Source of the DNA: Candidatus Porisulfidus sp. TsSOB
GTDB lineage: Bacteria; Pseudomonadota; Gammaproteobacteria; Poriferisulfidales; Poriferisulfidaceae
Assembly: GCA_002631715.1 (NCBI GenBank)
Contig: MRSX01000001.1
Location: 48,057 to 112,056, forward strand
Length of the DNA stretch: 64,000 nt
Direction: 5' to 3'
The notes beneath the pieces were generated by a model. It saw only the letters and a list, made by a program, of their open reading frames with translations, did not search any database and was not told the DNA's origin. Shown in pieces: positions 59,847 through 64,000 of this stretch; position 1 is the stretch's first letter; each line of letters starts with the position of its first letter. Both the position numbers and the translations under genes were made by a program.

Positions 59847-60994
59847 CTCACCCCGATTTCCAGCCTTGCGCGCATAACCGTACGCCGCCGGCTACCCGCA
59901 TCCTCGATCTGCCGGGAGACTACGGACAAACCGATTTTGTGATGCGCCGCGGCGGCCGCCTCGCCCAGGTTCAAGTCGGTTATGAGACTTGGGGCACCCT
60001 GTCGCGCAATCAGGATAACGCCATCCTGATTTTCACCGGGCTGTCCCCGACCGCCCATGCCGCATCCAATGAAGAAGACGATACGGCTGGCTGGTGGGAG
60101 TACATGGTCGGGCCAGGCAAGGCGATCGACACGGATCGGTTTTTCGTGGTCTGCGTCAACTCTCTGGGCAGCTGCTTTGGTTCGACGGGACCTTCCTCCT
60201 GCGATCCGGTGACTGGCCAGCCTTATGGCGGGAGCTTCCCGGAACTGTCGATCGAAGACATTGCGAAGGCCGGGCACCATGCCATGCGCGAACTGAGCGT
60301 GGATCACGTCCACACCGTCGTCGGTCCCTCCATGGGCGGCATGTCTGCGTTGGCCTATGCGCTGCAGTACCCGGATGAGTTGGACTATCTTCTGGTGATT
60401 TCAGCGGCCTGCCGGGCTTTGCCATTCACGATTGCGGTGCGGTCGTTGCAGCGGGAGATCATTCGCTGCGACCCGGACTGGAAGGGCGGAAACTACGAAC
60501 TGGATGCAGAGCCGCTGTGCGGGATGCGCTTGGCGCGGAAGCTCGGCCTGATGTCCTATCGGGCGGCCCAGGAATGGCGGCAGCGCTTCAATCGAGCCCG
60601 GGTACCGGAGCACCGTGCCTCGGATGACATGTTCGGTGTCGAGTTCGAAGTGGAGTCCTACCTCGAATACAACGCGCAGAAATTCATCGGCACGTTCGAC
60701 GCCAACAGTTATTTATATCTGTCCCGGGCGATGGATCTGTTCGATGTCGCTGAGCATGGCGGCACGGTTAATGCTGGGCTGGCCCGGGTCCATGTGCGCA
60801 AGACTCTGGTAATTGGTGTGGAGAGTGACATTCTCTTCCCGCTTGAGCAGCAGAAAGAAATCGTAGCCGGCTTGCAAAAGGCGGGACGCGAAGCCGAACT
60901 GGTCGTGCTCCCGTCCATCCAGGGTCACGATTCGTTCTTGGTCGATGCGGAACGCTTCTCGCCCGTCGTACAGGAGTTTTTTGCCGGGATTTGA
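59843..60994 (+). CDS. metX: homoserine O-acetyltransferase
   Basis: Start MTHPDF. Alpha/beta hydrolase with GPSMGGMSA nucleophile motif. Confidence 0.9.
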   Translation: MTHPDFQPCAHNRTPPATRILDLPGDYGQTDFVMRRGGRLAQVQVGYETWGTLSRNQDNAILIFTGLSPTAHAASNEEDDTAGWWEYMVGPGKAIDTDRFFVVCVNSLGSCFGSTGPSSCDPVTGQPYGGSFPELSIEDIAKAGHHAMRELSVDHVHTVVGPSMGGMSALAYALQYPDELDYLLVISAACRALPFTIAVRSLQREIIRCDPDWKGGNYELDAEPLCGMRLARKLGLMSYRAAQEWRQRFNRARVPEHRASDDMFGVEFEVESYLEYNAQKFIGTFDANSYLYLSRAMDLFDVAEHGGTVNAGLARVHVRKTLVIGVESDILFPLEQQKEIVAGLQKAGREAELVVLPSIQGHDSFLVDAERFSPVVQEFFAGI

Positions 60995-61001
60995 GCCGGG
61001 A

Positions 61002-62288
61002 TCAGCCGCGCTGGTCGAGCGCGACGTAGTCTCGCTGGGTGTGTCCGGTATACAGTTGGCGGGGGCGACCGATCCGGAACTGCTTGTCCGTCATCATTTC
61101 GAGCCAGTGTGCAACCCAGCCCGATGTTCGGGCGGTGGCGAAGATGACCGTGAACATGTCCAGGGGAATCCCCATGGTCCTGAGGATAATGCCCGAATAG
61201 AAATCGACGTTCGGGTACAGTTTGCGAACCACGAAGTATTCGTCGTTCAAGGCTGCCTGCTCCAAGGCCATGGCGGTTTCCAGGAGTGGGCAGTTCGGAT
61301 TGCCTTCCCCGTGCTTCTCCAGCAGGTTGTAGCAGATTTTTTGGATTAGCTTCGCGCGCGGATCGTAATTCTTGTAGACCCGGTGCCCGAAGCCCATCAA
61401 GCGGGTATGGCTTTCCTTGTTCTTGGTCTGCTCGACGTATTCCTCAACCGAAACATCCGAAGCATGAATTTCTTCCAGCATCTGGATTACGGCCTCGTTG
61501 GCGCCGCCGTGAGACGGCCCCCAAAGCGTTGCCACGCCTGCGGCGACGGCTGCGACCGGGCTGGTCTCGGAACTGCCGGACAGTCGGACCGTGGACGTAG
61601 AAGCATTCTGTTCGTGGTCGGCATGCAGGAGGAACAGGATGTCCATGGCGTGCGAGAAGAGAGGCTCGGGCTCTGATCCGAACATCATGTAGAGGAAATT
61701 GGACGTAAAGTCGAGTTCCGGGTCGGGGTCGACGGGATCTTGGCCGGTTCGGTAGCGATATCCGAGCGCCGCCAGTACCGGGACCTGCGCAATCAACCGC
61801 CGCGCCATGCGCTGGCGGTACGCCTCGTCGAACACGTCTAGTTCGGAATGATAGATCGAAGCGAGATGAGCCAGCCCGGCCATCAGCATGGCCATCGGAT
61901 GGGCGTCTTTCTCGAAAGCCTGCATGAGTTCCCACGAACCATTGGGAATCTTTGTTTCCGACTTGATTTCTTGAGTGAATGTATCCAACTGGTTTTGTGT
62001 CGGAAGTTCGCCGTTGAGCAGCAGGTAGGCCGTTTCAATATGATTGCCGGATTCCGCAAGCTGTTCGATCGGATAGCCCCGGTAGCGCAGAAGGCCGAGG
62101 TCTCCGTCGATGTAGGTGATCTGGCTCCGGCAGCTGGCCGTGGAGACGAATCCGGGATCCAGCGAAAAATAACCCCGTTTCTTGTACAGATTGCTGATGT
62201 TGACCGCCGCCGGCCCTTCGGTCGACTCAGCGATCGATAATTCGACTTCCTTCCCGCCGTTGGTCAATTTGATTTTTCGCTCGGGCAT
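61002..62288 (-). CDS. gltA: citrate synthase (type II)
   Basis: 428 aa. GFGHRVYKNYDPRA catalytic His motif. Confidence 0.95.
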   Translation of the reverse strand: MPERKIKLTNGGKEVELSIAESTEGPAAVNISNLYKKRGYFSLDPGFVSTASCRSQITYIDGDLGLLRYRGYPIEQLAESGNHIETAYLLLNGELPTQNQLDTFTQEIKSETKIPNGSWELMQAFEKDAHPMAMLMAGLAHLASIYHSELDVFDEAYRQRMARRLIAQVPVLAALGYRYRTGQDPVDPDPELDFTSNFLYMMFGSEPEPLFSHAMDILFLLHADHEQNASTSTVRLSGSSETSPVAAVAAGVATLWGPSHGGANEAVIQMLEEIHASDVSVEEYVEQTKNKESHTRLMGFGHRVYKNYDPRAKLIQKICYNLLEKHGEGNPNCPLLETAMALEQAALNDEYFVVRKLYPNVDFYSGIILRTMGIPLDMFTVIFATARTSGWVAHWLEMMTDKQFRIGRPRQLYTGHTQRDYVALDQRG

Positions 62289-62452
62289 AAATATTCCAAA
62301 TCCAACACCCTTCGCGCATTTTCGACCTACGCGAACTTCTGGACTAGATTTTGGAAAAGTTATTTTACACGCAACAGGTTACATTCTGTTGAATGTCCGC
62401 TGCGCGGGAAGATTCAGCCAGGCGGAATGAGGGCGAAGATCAAACCCTGCTT

Positions 62453-62968
62453 TTACAGCAGTGTTCGGACAAAAGTTGCAATGGCAGGGGGGTCGTTCAG
62501 GTCGAGATGCGGCAGCGTCAGCCCGGCTGGAGGGGGCGCATCGGTCGCCAAGGCGATGATGTTGGAATCATCCGGATACAGGTACGGATGCCCCAGATCC
62601 GGCCGGCACAGTTCGATTTTTGGGAACGCTTCGCGTTTGAAGCCCTCCACCAGGATCAGGTCAAGTGATGCGGCATCCAGTTTCGGCAGAAGCTGGGCGA
62701 GGGTCATTTCCTCTTCATCCTCGCCCAGTTCATGCATCAAGGCCCAGCGGCGGCCCGAAGAAATCAGCATTTCCCTAGCCCCCGCCTTGCGCAGCCGGTA
62801 GCTGTCCTTTCCTGGCTGGTCCACGTCAAACGCGTGGTGGGCATGCTTGACCATACCGATGCGCAATCCTTGTTCGACCAGAATCGGCACCAACCGGGTC
62901 AGCAACTCGGTTTTCCCGGTCCCGCTGAAGGCCGCGAAACCCAAAAGGGTGGGAGATTGAGAGCCCAT
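62453..62968 (-). CDS. mobB: molybdopterin-guanine dinucleotide biosynthesis adaptor MobB
   Basis: 171 aa. P-loop FSGTGKTEL. Confidence 0.85.
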   Translation of the reverse strand: MGSQSPTLLGFAAFSGTGKTELLTRLVPILVEQGLRIGMVKHAHHAFDVDQPGKDSYRLRKAGAREMLISSGRRWALMHELGEDEEEMTLAQLLPKLDAASLDLILVEGFKREAFPKIELCRPDLGHPYLYPDDSNIIALATDAPPPAGLTLPHLDLNDPPAIATFVRTLL

Positions 62969-63585
62969 CAGAGCGTCAATTCCTCGTGGGTGTTGATGTT
63001 TCGGAATTCATCGGAGTTTTCGAAAGAGACCTCCTCGAAGCCCTGTGCGCCATAGAATTCATCAATTTTACGCCCGCCGCGGCGGAGAAAATCGTTCAGG
63101 GCATCCGAAAGATCAGAGTGCAGCACTGCAAAGACCGGCTGCAGGCGCCCGGCGCAACTTGCCACGGTGATTCGGGTTCCTGTCTGCGCGAAGGGAGAGG
63201 CGAGTTTGGCTGCCAGGTTCGGACCGATCTCCGGGCTGTCGCAGGGGACGCAGAGCAGCAGTTCCGTTCGAGCCGCACGCAGTCCGGCGAGAATGCCGGC
63301 AAGCGGCCCTAGAAAACCGTCCTCCGCATCCGCGATCACGGGGTGACCAAACTGCGCGTACTGGTCGTGGCTGCGGTTGGCGTTGATCAGAATGGCCTGA
63401 ACTTGTGGTTCGAGGCGCTCAAGGACATGGGCGATCAATGGACGCCCTTGGTAGGGGATCAGCCCCTTGTCCTGTCCGCCCATGCGGCGTGCCATGCCAC
63501 CGGCAAGGATCATGCCGGTCAGCGGAGGAGACTGAACTGAGGGTGCGGACATGGCGTCATCGAAACGTTTGTCGGACTGGTTCAT
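62968..63585 (-). CDS. mobA: molybdenum cofactor guanylyltransferase MobA
   Basis: GMILAGGMARRMGGQDKGL N-terminus collinear with E. coli MobA. Start uncertain (MNQSDK at 63585 or MSAPS at 63552); the track ORF extends spuriously to 63969. Confidence 0.8.
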   Translation of the reverse strand: MNQSDKRFDDAMSAPSVQSPPLTGMILAGGMARRMGGQDKGLIPYQGRPLIAHVLERLEPQVQAILINANRSHDQYAQFGHPVIADAEDGFLGPLAGILAGLRAARTELLLCVPCDSPEIGPNLAAKLASPFAQTGTRITVASCAGRLQPVFAVLHSDLSDALNDFLRRGGRKIDEFYGAQGFEEVSFENSDEFRNINTHEELTL

Positions 63586-63650
63586 TGTACGGGGGAGGCG
63601 CGGGCTGCGGGTTATACTGGAATCCCGTCGAGAACGAACCTGCTGGCACC

Positions 63651-63974
63651 ATGAGCACCACTTCCGACATTTCCGAGAACCAGCGCGAGGCGATCGAGGC
63701 GGCCGTCTATCGGCGCCTTGTCGAACACCTGAGAAGCAAGCCCGAAGTCCAGAATATCGACTTGATGAATCTGGCGGACTTCTGCCGGAACTGTCTTTCC
63801 AAGTGGTACGTGGCCGCGGCAGAAGAGCGAGGCCTTGAACTGGATTACGATGCGGCCCGGGAAATCGTCTACGGCATGCCGTATGCCGACTGGAAGGCCC
63901 GATACCAGAAAGAGGCCACTCCGGAGCAAATGGCTGCATTCGAAGCCAGGGAAAAGGCCAAACAGGCATCCTGA
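63651..63974 (+). CDS. DUF1244-family small protein
   Basis: 107 aa. NIDLMNLADFCRNCLSKWY motif. Family assignment from memory. Confidence 0.55.
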   Translation: MSTTSDISENQREAIEAAVYRRLVEHLRSKPEVQNIDLMNLADFCRNCLSKWYVAAAEERGLELDYDAAREIVYGMPYADWKARYQKEATPEQMAAFEAREKAKQAS

Positions 63975-64000
63975 TCCATCATGGGCGCGGAACTGGGCGA

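Overview
GC-rich (~63%) chromosomal segment of a sulfur-oxidising proteobacterium, probably a gammaproteobacterium. It contains flavocytochrome c sulfide dehydrogenase fccAB, a complete ccmABCDEFGHI system, and glyoxylate/TCA genes. The window is mostly core genome. It holds icd and aceA; a tRNA-Gly/Cys/Leu operon; trxB; the conserved ftsK-lolA-rarA block; nagZ; an MscS channel; mfd; fccAB plus a NapC/NirT cytochrome; the ccm operon; lolCDE-type genes; exbBD; msbA-lpxK (apparently fused); kdsB; glyA; the nrdR-ribD-ribE-ribBA-ribH-nusB-thiL-pgpA operon; sdhCDAB-sdhE; metX; gltA; and mobAB. Accessory or unusual content: (1) the third tRNA, tRNA-Leu(UAA), is split in its anticodon loop by a ~216-nt group I intron whose core resembles the Azoarcus/cyanobacterial tRNA introns. 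(2) Immediately downstream of the tRNA cluster is a non-canonical two-gene MotA/ExbB-like plus MotB/ExbD-like module. Its second protein carries a ~150-aa coiled coil and an unknown C-terminal domain instead of an OmpA/peptidoglycan-binding domain. An ABC/GldG/DUF4340 cluster follows. (3) A solitary IS200/IS605-family tnpB element with terminal hairpins sits between trxB and ftsK. (4) A small toxin-antitoxin islet (AbrB-type antitoxin, PIN toxin, RHH protein). (5) An in-frame msbA-lpxK fusion. (6) A strongly AT-rich ~220-bp intergenic patch. No CRISPR array or rRNA was seen.
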